Shown here one piece after another: positions 21,842 to 35,117 of a DNA stretch of 64,000 nt. A model generated the notes under the pieces. That model had not been told where the DNA came from. It saw only the letters and a program-made list of their open reading frames with translations, and did not search any database. Within the stretch, counting starts at the first letter, position 1. Every line of letters begins with the position of its first letter. The position numbers and the translations under genes are program-made. Source of the DNA: an uncultured Chloroflexia bacterium (GTDB lineage Bacteria; Chloroflexota; Limnocylindria; Limnocylindrales; CSP1-4); assembly GCA_963697275.1 (NCBI GenBank), contig CAVONF010000006.1:20802-84801 (forward strand), given 5' to 3'.

Positions 21842-24693
21842 GTGCCGGATCCGAGGGAAGGCGCACCGGCGGGTCCGCTGCCGACGCCTCAGAACCACCT
21901 GCGGCAGCTCGATGGGCTGCTGAGGCCTGACGATGCGCCCCCACTCCCGACCGAGACGGCTGCGCCCGAGATCGATGATCGGCCCGCGAACGACGCGCTC
22001 GATCCCCGCGGGGTGCGACGCTCCGGCTCCCCGGCCCCCGATCCCGAGCCGCCGGACGATGCCGAGTGGTTCTCGATGGTGGCCGCCACGGCCGGCGAGG
22101 CGGCGCCTGCGCGTCCTCCGCCCGATGCCGCAGCCAGGGCGCGCCGCGAGGCAGACGCGCGTGCGCTCGGCGCCGCCATCGTCAAACGCCTCAACCCGGA
22201 ACAGGCCCGGGCCGTCACGACCACGCAGGGCCCGCTCCTGATCCTCGCCGGCGCGGGTTCTGGCAAGACCCGGGTCCTGGCGCACCGCATCGCGTACCTG
22301 GTTGGCGTGGAGGGCGTGCCGCCCTGGCAGATCCTGGCCGTGACCTTCACCAACAAGGCCGCCGCCGAGATGCGCGAGCGCATCCTCGCCCTCGTCGGCG
22401 AGCAGGGCCGCCAGGTGGCCATGGGCACGTTCCACGCGTTGTGCGCCCGGGTGCTGCGCCGTGACGGTGCCGCCATCGGCATCGACCCGCGCTTCACCAT
22501 CTACGACACCGACGATCAGGCCGGCCTCGTGAAGCAGGTCCTGCGCGACCTTGAGCTCAGTGGCACCGGCGAGCTGCGGCCGGCCGCCGTGCTCTCGGCC
22601 ATCAGCCGCTGGAAGAACGACCTCGTCAGTCCCCTGGAGGCGGACGAGGAAGCGCAGGGCTACCTTGAATCGCAGTACGCCCGCGCCTACGCCCGCTACG
22701 CGCGCCGCCTGCGCGAGGCCAGTGCGCTCGACTTCGACGACCTGCTCATCGAGGCGGTGCGTCTCTTCGAGCGCGCCCCCGCCGTGCTGGCGCACTACCG
22801 GCAGCGCTGGCGCTACCTCCACGTCGATGAGTACCAGGACACCAACCGCGCGCAGTACCTGTGGGTGAAGCTGCTTGCCGGCGAGCACCGCAATCTCGCC
22901 GTCGTCGGTGACGACGACCAGTCCATCTACAGCTGGCGCGGCGCGGACCTGCGCAACATCCTCGACTTCGAGCGCGACTACCCCGAGGCCACGGTCGTGA
23001 AGCTGGAGCAGAACTACCGCTCCACGCAGCTCATCCTCGATGCCGCCCACGCGGTCGTGGCCCGCAACGAGGGCCGGGTGGACAAGAAGCTGTGGACGCA
23101 GAACCCGCGGGGCACGCTCATCGAGCGCTTCGAGGCCGATCGCGAGGACGAGGAGGCCGAGTGGGTGGCCCGCCAGATCGAGGCCCTCGTGGCCGGACGG
23201 GGCAGCGCCGGCTCGGTGCTGGCGCGCCGTGCCGACGACGGCGACGACGACGTCTACCGGCTCCAGGACATCGCCGTGATGTACCGCACCAACGCCCAGA
23301 GCCGCGCCATGGAGGAGGCGTTCCTGCGCTACGGCCTGCGCTACCAGCTCGTGGGCGGCACGCGCTTCTACCAGCGCCGCGAGGTCAAGGATGCCCTGGC
23401 CTACCTGCGCGTCCTGCGCAACGACCACGACGTGGCCGCCTTCGAGCGCATCCTCAACGTCCCGCCGCGCGGCCTGGGGCAGCGCTCGCTGGAGGAGTTG
23501 CGCGAGCTGGCGGCGGCAGCGGGGTGGTGACGTCTGGGCGGCCCTCGGAGCGGCTGCGGAGGGGGCCGGCGAGCTGACGCCCAGGGCGCGCCACGCCTTC
23601 GCGCGCCTTCCGGGCTCGTGATCGCCCGTCTGCGCACGCGGGTCGGCCTGGCCGCCCTGCCGGAGCTGCTGGACACGACGCTCGAGGAATCGGGCTACCG
23701 GGCCATGCTCATGGACGGCTCCCAGGACGGCGAGGACCGCTGGGCCAACCTGCTCGAGCTGCGCGAGGTGGTGGACCGCTACGGCGATCTGGACCCGGCC
23801 GATGCGCTGGACCGCCTGCTCGAGGAGACAGCCCTGGTGGCCGACCAGGACGCCTACGCCGGCGACACGGACAAGGTCACGCTCATCACGCTCCATGCTG
23901 CCAAGGGCCTCGAGTTCGAGGTCGTCTTCATCAGCGGGCTCGAGGAGGGCGTCTTCCCGCACGCCCGCGCGCTCGAGGATCCGCGCCAGATGGAGGAGGA
24001 GCGCCGCCTCGCGTACGTGGGCCTGACCCGTGCCCGCAAGCGGCTCTACCTGACCCACGCCGCCCAGCGCGCCACGTGGGGTCGCTCCGGCTTCTCCGTC
24101 CCCAGCCGCTTCCTGCTGGAGATCCCGGAGGGGCTGATGCACGGGCCGAGACTGGTCTCCCTCGCCGACGACGATGACCAGCGGCCCGACGACGAGCGCC
24201 TCGAGGGCTACGACCTGGGGGCCATCATCGGCCGGCGCCCCTCGGAGACACGCCTCGTGGGTCGCCGCCCCATCGGCCCTGCCGGCGCACGTCGACTGCC
24301 CCCGGGCGGCGGTTTCAACCCCCCACCGGGAGCACCGCGTGCGGGCCAGCCGTTCCGCACCTCGCGTGACCTCGCCGCGCGCCGCGAGGCCTACTACGGG
24401 CGCGTCGGTGGCCCGGCCGCGATCGCTCGCCGGCTGCCCGGGCCGCAGCGCCACCCGATCTCGACGCCGCGCCTGAGGCCCCCCCGGACCGCTGGTCGCT
24501 GCCGGCCGCCTCGAGCGTGCCCGGCGAGCGCCGCTACCACGATGGCCAGAAGGTCCGCCACAAGGTCTTCGGGGAAGGCCAGGTCGTCTCCTCGAGGCTG
24601 ACCCGCAGCGACGAGGAGGTCACGGTCGCGTTCCCGGGACAGGGCGTCAAGAAGCTCATGGCCAGCCTCGCCGGCCTCGAAGTCGCTGGCTGA
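21842..24693 (+). CDS. pcrA: ATP-dependent DNA helicase PcrA/UvrD family; at least three frame breaks (about 23525, 23608 and 24400-24460)
   Basis: - Helicase motifs: LNPEQARAVTTTQGPLLILAGAGSGKTRVLAHRIAYL, TFTNKAAAEMRERI, VDEYQDTN, QNYRST and LHAAKGLEFEVVFISGLEEG...RRLAYVGLTRARKRLYL.
- The C-terminus ERRYHDGQKVRHKVFGEGQVV (Tudor-like tail) is in a further frame that ends at 24693.
- The N-terminal extent is uncertain. Confidence 0.9.
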
Positions 24694-24744
24694 CAGACAC
24701 TATGATGCAGCTGGACCACTCCTAGCCAGCCGTCGGAGGGGTAC

Positions 24745-25698
24745 ATGGCCGGGGATACGCTTCAGCCACTGCTGACGTGCACGGACCTGCGCAAGCGCTA
24801 CAAGAGCATCACCGCTGTCGATGGCGTGAGCTTCCACATCGCCCGCGGCGAGACGTACGGCCTGCTCGGTCCCAACGGCGCCGGCAAGACCACCACCATC
24901 TCCATGGTCTGCGGTCTGCTGGAGCGCGACGGCGGTACCGTCACCGTGGCCGGCCGGCCCATGGACATCGAGGCCACGGAGACCAAGGCGCTCATCGGCT
25001 ACGTGCCCCAGGACCTGGCCATCTACCCCGATCTCTCGGCCCGCGAGAACCTGCGCTTCTTCGGCCGGCTGCAGCGGCTGCGGGGCGCGGCCCTGGACGA
25101 GGGTGTCAAGGCCATCCTGGAGCTGACCGGCCTCACGGACCGCGCGGACGATCGCACGGAGACCTACTCGGGCGGCATGAAGCGGCGGCTCAACATCGGC
25201 ATCGGCCTGCTGCATGAGCCGCAGCTGCTCGTCCTCGACGAGCCCACCGTGGGTGTCGATCCGCAGAGCCGCAATGCCATCCTCGAGGCCGTCGATGAAC
25301 TGCGCCAGGGAGGCATGTCCATCCTCTACACGACCCACTACATGGAAGAGGCCGAGCGCCTGTGCGACCGCATCGGCATCATCGACGCGGGCCGGATCCT
25401 GGCCGAGGGCACGCGCCGCGAGCTGGTGGCCACGGTCGGGCAGCTGGACCGTGTGACGCTCACCGCGACCGGATCGCTGCAGGCGGCCGCCACCGCGCTG
25501 GCCGCCCTCGAGCGCGTCGAGAGCACCAGCACCGCGGACGGCGCCATCGAGATCACGGTCCAGGGTGCCCGGACGCTCCTGCCTGCCATCATCACCACCG
25601 CTGCTGGTGCGGGTGCGGTGGTCAACAGCGTCGAGGTCACGGAGCCGGACCTGGAGGCGGTCTTCCTGAAGCTCACCGGTCGGGCCCTGCGGGACTAG
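24745..25698 (+). CDS. ABC transporter ATP-binding protein (ABC-2 / DrrA-like)
   Basis: Walker [13 protein letters not shown], signature YSGGMKRRL, Walker B LLVLDEPT. Confidence 0.9.
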   Translation: MAGDTLQPLLTCTDLRKRYKSITAVDGVSFHIARGETYGLLGPNGAGKTTTISMVCGLLERDGGTVTVAGRPMDIEATETKALIGYVPQDLAIYPDLSARENLRFFGRLQRLRGAALDEGVKAILELTGLTDRADDRTETYSGGMKRRLNIGIGLLHEPQLLVLDEPTVGVDPQSRNAILEAVDELRQGGMSILYTTHYMEEAERLCDRIGIIDAGRILAEGTRRELVATVGQLDRVTLTATGSLQAAATALAALERVESTSTADGAIEITVQGARTLLPAIITTAAGAGAVVNSVEVTEPDLEAVFLKLTGRALRD

Positions 25699-25722
25699 CG
25701 ACGGCCAGGAGGACCAGCATCG

Positions 25723-26904
25723 ATGCGCGCGGCCCTCGACATCGCCCTCAAGGACCTCCGTCAGAAGCTCCGTGATCGCTCCGCGATTCTCGTCGGCATC
25801 GTGGCCCCGTTCACGCTGGCCGCACTCTTCTCGGCCATCCTGGGTGGCCTGGAGGAGGACTTCCAGGCGCACTGGGCCTTCGTCGATCTCGACGGCGGTG
25901 CCGTCGCGACAGCCTTGCAGGAGGGCCCCATCGGCGGCATGGAGACGGCCGGCATCCTCACCGTGGAGCGCCTGGCATCAGCCGAGGCTGCCCGGGCCGC
26001 CGTCGAGGAGGGCCGCGTCGAGACCGCCATCATCGTCCCGGAGGGCTTCTCCTCGGCCACGCTGGCCGGCAGCGGCAGCGAGGTCGAGCTCATCGTGGAC
26101 CCCGATGCCGTCATCTCCGCCCAGGTGGCGCGCTCGGTCCTGGCCGGCTTCGCGCACCAGATCGATGCCGTGCAACTCTCGGTGGCGACGGCGCTCTCGA
26201 CGGCCCGGCGGCTCCCCGACCCCGCCACGACCGAGGCACTGGCCGAGCAGGCCCGCACCCTGCCCGACCCCATCGTCATCCGCAACGCCGCGGCCGAGGA
26301 CCGCCGGGCCTCCAACTCGACCTACTACGCCGCGGCCATGGCCATCCTCTTCGTCTTCCTCTCCTCGCAGTTCGGTCTCACCAGCCTGCACGCGGAGCGG
26401 CGCGGGCGGACGCTCGCGCGCATGCTGGCCGCGCCCCTGCACTGGTGGTCGGTCATCGCCGGCAAGATCGTCGTCTCGCTGGTGATGGGCACCGTCTCGA
26501 TGACCGTCATCGTGGTCGGCACGGCGCTGCTCCTGGGCGCCAGCTGGGGCGATCCGGTCGCCGTGGTGGCCCTCGTGGGCGCGGCTGCCATCGCCGCGAC
26601 CGGCCTGGCCCTGTTCGCGGTCGGCTTCACCCGGACCGAGGAGCAGGCCGGCTCCGCCATCGCCGTCCTGACCATGCTCCTGGCGGTGCTGGGTGGCTCG
26701 TTCTTCCCGGCCAACCAGGGCCCGGAGCTCCTGGCGCAGGTCAGCCTCGTGACGCCCCATGCCTGGTTCCTGCGCGGCGTCCAGGATGTCGCCTCCGGCG
26801 GTGACATCACGTCGGCGGCCGGCCCCGTGGCTGTCCTGCTGGCCATCGGCCTCGTCGTCGGCGGGTTGGGGCTGCTCCGCTCTCGCCGCCTGGTGGTGTC
26901 CTGA
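25723..26904 (+). CDS. ABC-2 family transporter permease
   Basis: 393 aa. One N-terminal TM segment, a long extracytoplasmic loop, then a C-terminal cluster of TM helices. Directly follows the ATPase. Confidence 0.8.
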   Translation: MRAALDIALKDLRQKLRDRSAILVGIVAPFTLAALFSAILGGLEEDFQAHWAFVDLDGGAVATALQEGPIGGMETAGILTVERLASAEAARAAVEEGRVETAIIVPEGFSSATLAGSGSEVELIVDPDAVISAQVARSVLAGFAHQIDAVQLSVATALSTARRLPDPATTEALAEQARTLPDPIVIRNAAAEDRRASNSTYYAAAMAILFVFLSSQFGLTSLHAERRGRTLARMLAAPLHWWSVIAGKIVVSLVMGTVSMTVIVVGTALLLGASWGDPVAVVALVGAAAIAATGLALFAVGFTRTEEQAGSAIAVLTMLLAVLGGSFFPANQGPELLAQVSLVTPHAWFLRGVQDVASGGDITSAAGPVAVLLAIGLVVGGLGLLRSRRLVVS

Positions 26905-28070
26905 TGGCCGTATTGGAGATCGTCCGCGTCAACCTCCTGCGCGTCGTGCGCGACCGCACCAACCTCTTCTTCGTCTTCCTGCTGCCGCTCATCATCATCG
27001 TGGCCCTGGGCGCGGTCTTCGGTGGCGCCGGCACCAGCCGTCTGGGCGTGGTCCGCAGTGACGCCGGCCCGCTCGGGGACGAGCTCGTCGCGACCATCGA
27101 GGCCGGCGAGGTGGACGTCGAGATCCGTGAGCGCGGCTCCGCCGACGAGCTGCGTGGCGATGTCGGGCGGGGCGCGCTCGAGTTCGGTCTGCTCATCCCG
27201 CCCGGCTACGACGAGGCCCTCCGATCCGGGCAACCGCAGGAGCTCGTCCTCGTGGCCAGACCGGAATCGGTCTTCGCAGCCCTCGGTCAGAGCGTGGAGA
27301 CGGCCGTGGCCGAACAGTCGGCCCGGCTGCGGGCGGCCCGGGTGGCCGCGGAGTTCGCGGACATCCCCTTCGATGAGGCGCTCGAGGAGGCAGGGGCGAG
27401 GCAGGATGCCCTGACCGGCATCGGGGTGCGCAGCACGACCATCGGCGCGGCCACCTTCCCCGTCATCACCAACGTCTTCGCCCTCGGTGCCCAGGCCCAG
27501 ACCATCCTGTTCATGTTCCTGACCTCGATGTCGGCCGCGGCGCAGCTCATCCTGACGCGTCAGCTGGGTGTCTCGAGGCGCATGGTGGCGACTCCCACGC
27601 CCATGCGCTCCATCCTCCTCGGCGAACTCGGCGGGCGCTTCGGCATCGCCATGGTGCAGGGGGTCTTCATCGTCATCGTCTCGTCGCTGGTCTTCGGCGT
27701 CAGCTGGGGTGACCTGGTGGGCGCCTCCGCGGTCATCGTCATCTTCGCGCTCGTGGGGACCGGTGCGGCCCTGACCGTGGGCGTCTTCGCGCGCAACGCC
27801 GACCAGGCCGGCGCCATCGGGGTCGTGCTGGGCATGGTCCTGGGCGCGGTCGGCGGGGCCATGGTGCCGCTGGAGCTGTTCCAGGAGCCGATGGCTACGC
27901 TGGCCCGGTTGACGCCACATGCCTGGGCCATCGACGCCATGCGCGGCCTGGTCTTCGAGGACGCCGCGATCACCGACATCCTGGTCCAGCTGGGCGTGCT
28001 GGCGGCCTACGCCGTGGGGCTGGTGGCGCTCGGGACCTGGGGCCTGCGCCGCTCCCTCACCCGCGCCTGA
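26904..28070 (+). CDS. ABC-2 family transporter permease (second subunit)
   Basis: 388 aa with the same topology as the preceding permease. ATGA overlap with its stop. Confidence 0.8.
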   Translation: MAVLEIVRVNLLRVVRDRTNLFFVFLLPLIIIVALGAVFGGAGTSRLGVVRSDAGPLGDELVATIEAGEVDVEIRERGSADELRGDVGRGALEFGLLIPPGYDEALRSGQPQELVLVARPESVFAALGQSVETAVAEQSARLRAARVAAEFADIPFDEALEEAGARQDALTGIGVRSTTIGAATFPVITNVFALGAQAQTILFMFLTSMSAAAQLILTRQLGVSRRMVATPTPMRSILLGELGGRFGIAMVQGVFIVIVSSLVFGVSWGDLVGASAVIVIFALVGTGAALTVGVFARNADQAGAIGVVLGMVLGAVGGAMVPLELFQEPMATLARLTPHAWAIDAMRGLVFEDAAITDILVQLGVLAAYAVGLVALGTWGLRRSLTRA

Positions 28071-28455
28071 CGTTCAAGGTCAGCGTCCGGGGACTGGGTC
28101 CGGCGCCCGGATCGAGTCGCCTCGGCCAGGGATTCGGCCGCCTGCGGCACCGGCTCTTTGCACTGGACTCGGATAGGGGAGTCCCCGACGCCAGCAGCAT
28201 GCTCATGGCCATGGCCTGCCCCGCCGTCCTACCTCCGCCGTTCCTACCTCCGCCTCTCCTGCTCCGCCTCTCCTACCTGTGAGGTCAGTAGTGACCGGCG
28301 GGAGCACGCTCATCCTTCGTTTCGTTGCTTGCGGCGCCGTCCCTCACCGGGGAGGTGGGATCTGGCCGTCGAAGTCCGTGCGTGGACCCTCTCCGCGCTC
28401 CTGGAGCCTCGCCGAGGGTCACTACTGACCTGTGGCGTGAGGAGCCGGGGTGGCG

Positions 28456-30055
28456 TCAGGAGCTGGGGTGGCGCACCCCGGGGTTCACGGCGCCACCCTG
28501 GGTTCGCGGCACCCCACCGGCCCACTCCCTCAGCCGCCCGGCAGCGGCAACTGGTCGGTGACGTCCTCGGAAATCGTAGAGGTGGTCGTTGTCGGGCCAG
28601 CTGTAGGAGCGGTTGGGCAGGTCCGGCAGGTCCGCGCCGAAGTACTCCCGGAAGAGCATGCGGAAGATGTTCACGCCGCTGTCGTCGGCCGGCACCTCGT
28701 AGTCGAGGTCGGGCAGGTAGTAGGCGCGCAGCGTGCCGAAACGGATGCCGTACGTCTCGGGGCTGCCGTCGATGCAGTCGTCGTTGAAGCAGAGGAAGGG
28801 CCCCTCATCCCCGCTGATGACGATGATGGGCCGCTCCTCCTCCGGCCGGTCCAGCAATGCCGCCACGGTCTCGCGGATGCGCTGGTTGGTGTACTGCAGC
28901 TGCGCCTCGAAGAGCTCACCCTCCGGCGTGGCCTTCTCGATCTCCTTGAGCACGACCCCGCCCTGGGCATCGAAGCCGTAGGGCGGGTGTGGCAGGAGGA
29001 TGTGGGCGAAGACGAACTTGCGCTCGTCCACGTCGGCCAGGCGCTGGAGCTGGCGGAAGGCGAACAGCGCCTCATTGCGATGGCGGTCCCGGAACTCGTC
29101 GTCTTCGGGGGCCAGGCCGATGAGCCGCTCCAGCGCCGGCAGCATGGTGGCCTCGCGCAGCACCGCCTCCAACTCGGTCGTCTTGCCCCAGCGCAGCACC
29201 TCGTCGGCGATGGGGTTGCTGAGCGTCGGTCCGTACCAGGCCCCGAGGTGGTAGTAGCGGTAGCCGTTGGCACGCAGGAACTTGCCCACCTCGTGACGGC
29301 CCAGGCGCTCGCGAGCTGGTGTGCGATCGGATGACACCCGCCCGACCGACGTGCTCAGGTCGTCGAGCAGGTCCAGGCTCAGCGTCGATGCCAGGCTGAA
29401 GTCCGTGGCGCGGTAGTTGGCGCGAGCCCCGGGGACGACCTGGAAACCGGCCGCCTCCAGGTCCGGGTAGAGGTCGTTCTCGATGCCGAAGCGCTCCCTG
29501 ATGGACCAGTCCGATCCGTAGCGGTCGAAGACCAGGTAGTAGATGTCCCGATCCGGCCAGCGGGTGGCCTCGGCGATGACGTCGTCGCTGATGGGCTCAC
29601 CCTCTGACGCTCGAGCTGCGCGCGAGGTTTCGGCCGGCACGATGGTCACGAGCGTGATGACGAGCAGGGACAGGCCGAAGGCGTTGAGCGCCAGCGTCAC
29701 GTTGGCCAGTGAGCGCTCCGGCGCGCCAGGCGTAGACCCCGACCAGGACCACGAACACCGCCCAGGCACCAAGCTGCACGGCGTCGGTGATGATGGCCTC
29801 GTCCAGCTGAGAGCCGAGATGCCCGAAGAAGGCGAAGGCGACGACGATGGCCGTGGCCAGCACGGCCCCCCGTCGCAGGTCCCGGAAGAGCAGGGCACAG
29901 ACCGCCAGCACGACGGCGGCCGCGAGCAGCGCCGTCAGCAGTGGCTGGACCAGCTCACCCGGAAGCACCTCGCTGATGTTGGCGGCATAGACGAAGAGCA
30001 CCGCGTACGCGGCGAGCAGGAGCGGATGCAGGGGCAAGCGCGACAGGGGTCCCAC
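28456..30055 (-). CDS. membrane-anchored sulfatase-like (alkaline-phosphatase superfamily) protein; frame break near 29705, C-terminus ambiguous
   Basis: - The GTG at 30055 opens VGPLSRLPLHPLLLAAYAVLFVYAANI..., several TM helices in the frame of ORF 29597..30508.
- The catalytic-type domain is in ORF 28456..29898 (DIYYLVFDRYGSDW, FVFAHILLPHPPYGFD, IIVISGDEGPF).
- An alternative end ...YDF-EDVTDQLPLPGG* at 28530 is possible if there is one more indel. Confidence 0.6.
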
Positions 30056-30106
30056 GGCTGGTGGCAACGTAGCACGTGAGCGCGGGATGGGCCTATCCTC
30101 GCCTCC

Positions 30107-32623
<2,517 letters not shown>

Positions 32624-32677
32624 CCCGCGCGCCGGCTGACCACCCCGGGCCGCCCTCCGCCCCGCTATCCTTGGGCC

Positions 32678-32987
32678 GTGGCCACACTCTCCCGGCGCGA
32701 CGTCGAGCATGTCGCCCACCTCGCACGCCTCGGTCTCAGCGACGCTGAGATCGACGCTCCTCGAGGGCCAGCTCAACCACATCCTCGAGCAGTACGCCGT
32801 GCTGTCGGAGCTGGACACCGAGGCCATCCCGCCCACCGCCCAGACCATCGAGCTGGAGAACATCCTGCGCGACGATGTCGTGCGCCCCGGCTTCGACGTG
32901 GACACCGCGCTCGCCAACGCGCCCGAGCGGTCGGGCGAGCACTTCCTCGTGCCTGCTGTGCTGGGTGGCAGCGAGGACGATGGCTGA
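32678..32987 (+). CDS. gatC: Asp/Glu-tRNA amidotransferase subunit C; frame break near 32757
   Basis: The N-terminus MATLSRRDVEHVAHLARLGLSDAEID is in ORF 32678. The continuation LLEGQLNHILEQYAVLSELDTEAIPPTAQ is in ORF 32709..32987. Confidence 0.88.
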
Positions 32988-33012
32988 GCCGAGTGATCGC
33001 TGACCGACGCGC

Positions 33013-34588
33013 GTGACTCCCGCTCGCGCGCTGACGCGGCTCTTCGCGCACGAGATGGCCGCTCGCCTGCGGGCGGGTGAGTTCAGCAGCGTGGAGCTGC
33101 TGGAGGCTCACCTGGATGCCATCGGCGAGCAGGACCACGCCCTCCACGCCTGGCTGGCCGTGGACGAGGCCGGCGCCCGCGCCGCACGCTCGCGCGGCAG
33201 ACGAGCGCCTGGCAGTTGCCCGCCGCGAGGGCGCGTCCGCGGTCGCGGCGTTGCCCGCGCTGCTCGGCATCCCGCTCGGCCTCAAGGACCTCGTCCTCGC
33301 CAGGGGTCGCCAGGCCACGGCCGGCAGCCGCATCCTGGAGGGGTTCATCGCCCCCTACGACGCCCACATCGTGGAGCGTCTCGATGCCGCTGGCGCTGTC
33401 ATCGTCGGCAAGACCAACATGGACGAGTTCGCCATGGGCTCGTCCACGGAGCACTCGGGCTACGGGCCGACTGCCAACCCGTGGGACCTGGGCCGCGTGC
33501 CGGGAGGCTCGTCCGGTGGTTCGGCGGCCGCGGTCGCCGCCTTTCACGTGCCCCTGGCCATCGGCACGGACACCGGCGGCTCCATCCGCCAGCCAGCATC
33601 GCTGACCGGCATCGTGGGTGCCCGGCCCACGTACGGCCGCGTCAGCCGCTACGGCATCATCGCCTTCGCGTCTTCTCTGGACCAGGTGGGACCCTTTGGG
33701 CGCGACGTCCGTGACGCCGCCATGCTGCTCGGCACCGTGGCCGGCCGGGACGAGCGCGATTCGACCTCGGCCCCGCTGGCCGTGCCGGACTTCGGGACAC
33801 TGCCGGCCGACGACGACGAGGCTGCTGCCACGTTGCGCGGCGTGCGCCTGGGCCTGCCGCGCCAGTACTTCGTGGACGGCATGGAGCCGGGCGTGGAGGC
33901 CCGGGTGCGTGAGGCCGTAGCCGCGCTTCAGCAGGCTGGGGCCGAGATCGTGGACGTGGACATGCCCCACACCGACTACGGCCTGGCCACCTACTACATC
34001 GTGGCGCCGGCCGAGGCATCGGCGAACCTGGCCCGCTACGACGGCATCCGCTACGGGGCTGCGGTCCGGGAGGGCGATGTGCTGGCCAACTACCTGGCCA
34101 CGCGCGACCGTGGCTTCGGGGCGGAGGTCAAGCGCCGCATCATGCTCGGCACGTACGCGCTGTCTGCCGGCTACTACGACGCCTACTACCTCAAGGCGCA
34201 GAAGGTGCGCACGCTCATCAAGGCCGACTTCGACCGGGCCTTCGAGACGGTCGATGCGCTGGTGGCGCCCACGTCGCCGCTGGTGGCCTTCCCGCTCGGC
34301 GCCCGCCTCGACGATCCGGTGGCGATGTACCTGGCCGATGCCTGCACCCTGCCCGCCAACGTCGCCGGATTGCCGGGGATCTCGATCCCGTGCGGGCTCT
34401 CCGAGGGACTGCCGGTGGGGCTGCAGCTCATCGGCAAGCCCTGGGATGAGCTGCGCCTGTTCGGGATCGCGCGCGGCTACGAGGCCATCACCGCTTCGGC
34501 CGACTGGCGAGGCCTGGAGCCCATGGACCTGGCCCGAGCCTCGGATTCGTCGACCCCGGCCCCATCACTCCCGAGCAGCATCGCGTAG
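33013..34588 (+). CDS. gatA: Asp/Glu-tRNA amidotransferase subunit A; frame break near 33187
   Basis: Amidase signature: [45 protein letters not shown]...[13 protein letters not shown]. The N-terminus [24 protein letters not shown] is in ORF 33013. Confidence 0.93.
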
Positions 34589-35117
34589 CCCTCGACCGCA
34601 CCTCCTCGCCCGGTCGTCCCACCCAGGAGGCCAAGCGACCGGTAGCCAGACGAAACCGGCCCACAGGCCGGCCCGGTCGCCGCTGGCTGAGGTCCTCATC
34701 GTCCATCTGTCTCCTGTCCGTGGCCGAACGGCCACCGGCCGCGGCTGGCCTGCGCCACCGCTGCCCAGAGATCGCTGCCCGGCGGACGATCGGCATCGCT
34801 GGCGGGACACTGGGCTCGTTCGGCCCCGTGCCTGACATCACGGTCCCAGCCCGATCGCCGCCAGGCGGCCGATCTCGACCGCCTGGCGACCAGAAGGGCC
34901 CGGCATCAGGGTCGATCGGGACCGGATCGCGCTCCAGACGGGCCAAATCGTGGCGTCACGCGGGTCGTACCGGCGATTCCTGCCGCCCGGCAGCAAGGAT
35001 GGACATGGGGGCTTGTCCCGCGCGTCGAGATCGACCGCCTGGTGGCAGCCAGCACTGGCGCTACTCAGCCGCTGGCCTCCGATCCTCGAGCTGCCTGCCC
35101 CGAGGGGCCCACCGGCG

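Noticed and set aside
28270-28435. Housekeeping small RNAs (RNase P RNA, SRP/4.5S RNA, tmRNA, 6S) as the identity of the hairpin-bounded segment.
   Set aside because: The universally conserved motifs are not visible. These include GAGGAAAGUCCGGGC and ACAGAACCCGGCUUA for RNase P, the GGAAGCAGCC-type domain IV of SRP, and the tmRNA tag region. The length also does not fit RNase P.
34589-35117. ORF 34488..34946 (minus strand, 152 aa) and other ORFs in the gap between gatA and the PH-domain gene.
   Set aside because: There are no recognisable motifs, the composition is Arg/Pro/Gly-rich, and the alternatives overlap on both strands. The 530-bp region is left unassigned, apart from the repeated 20-mer noted in the findings.
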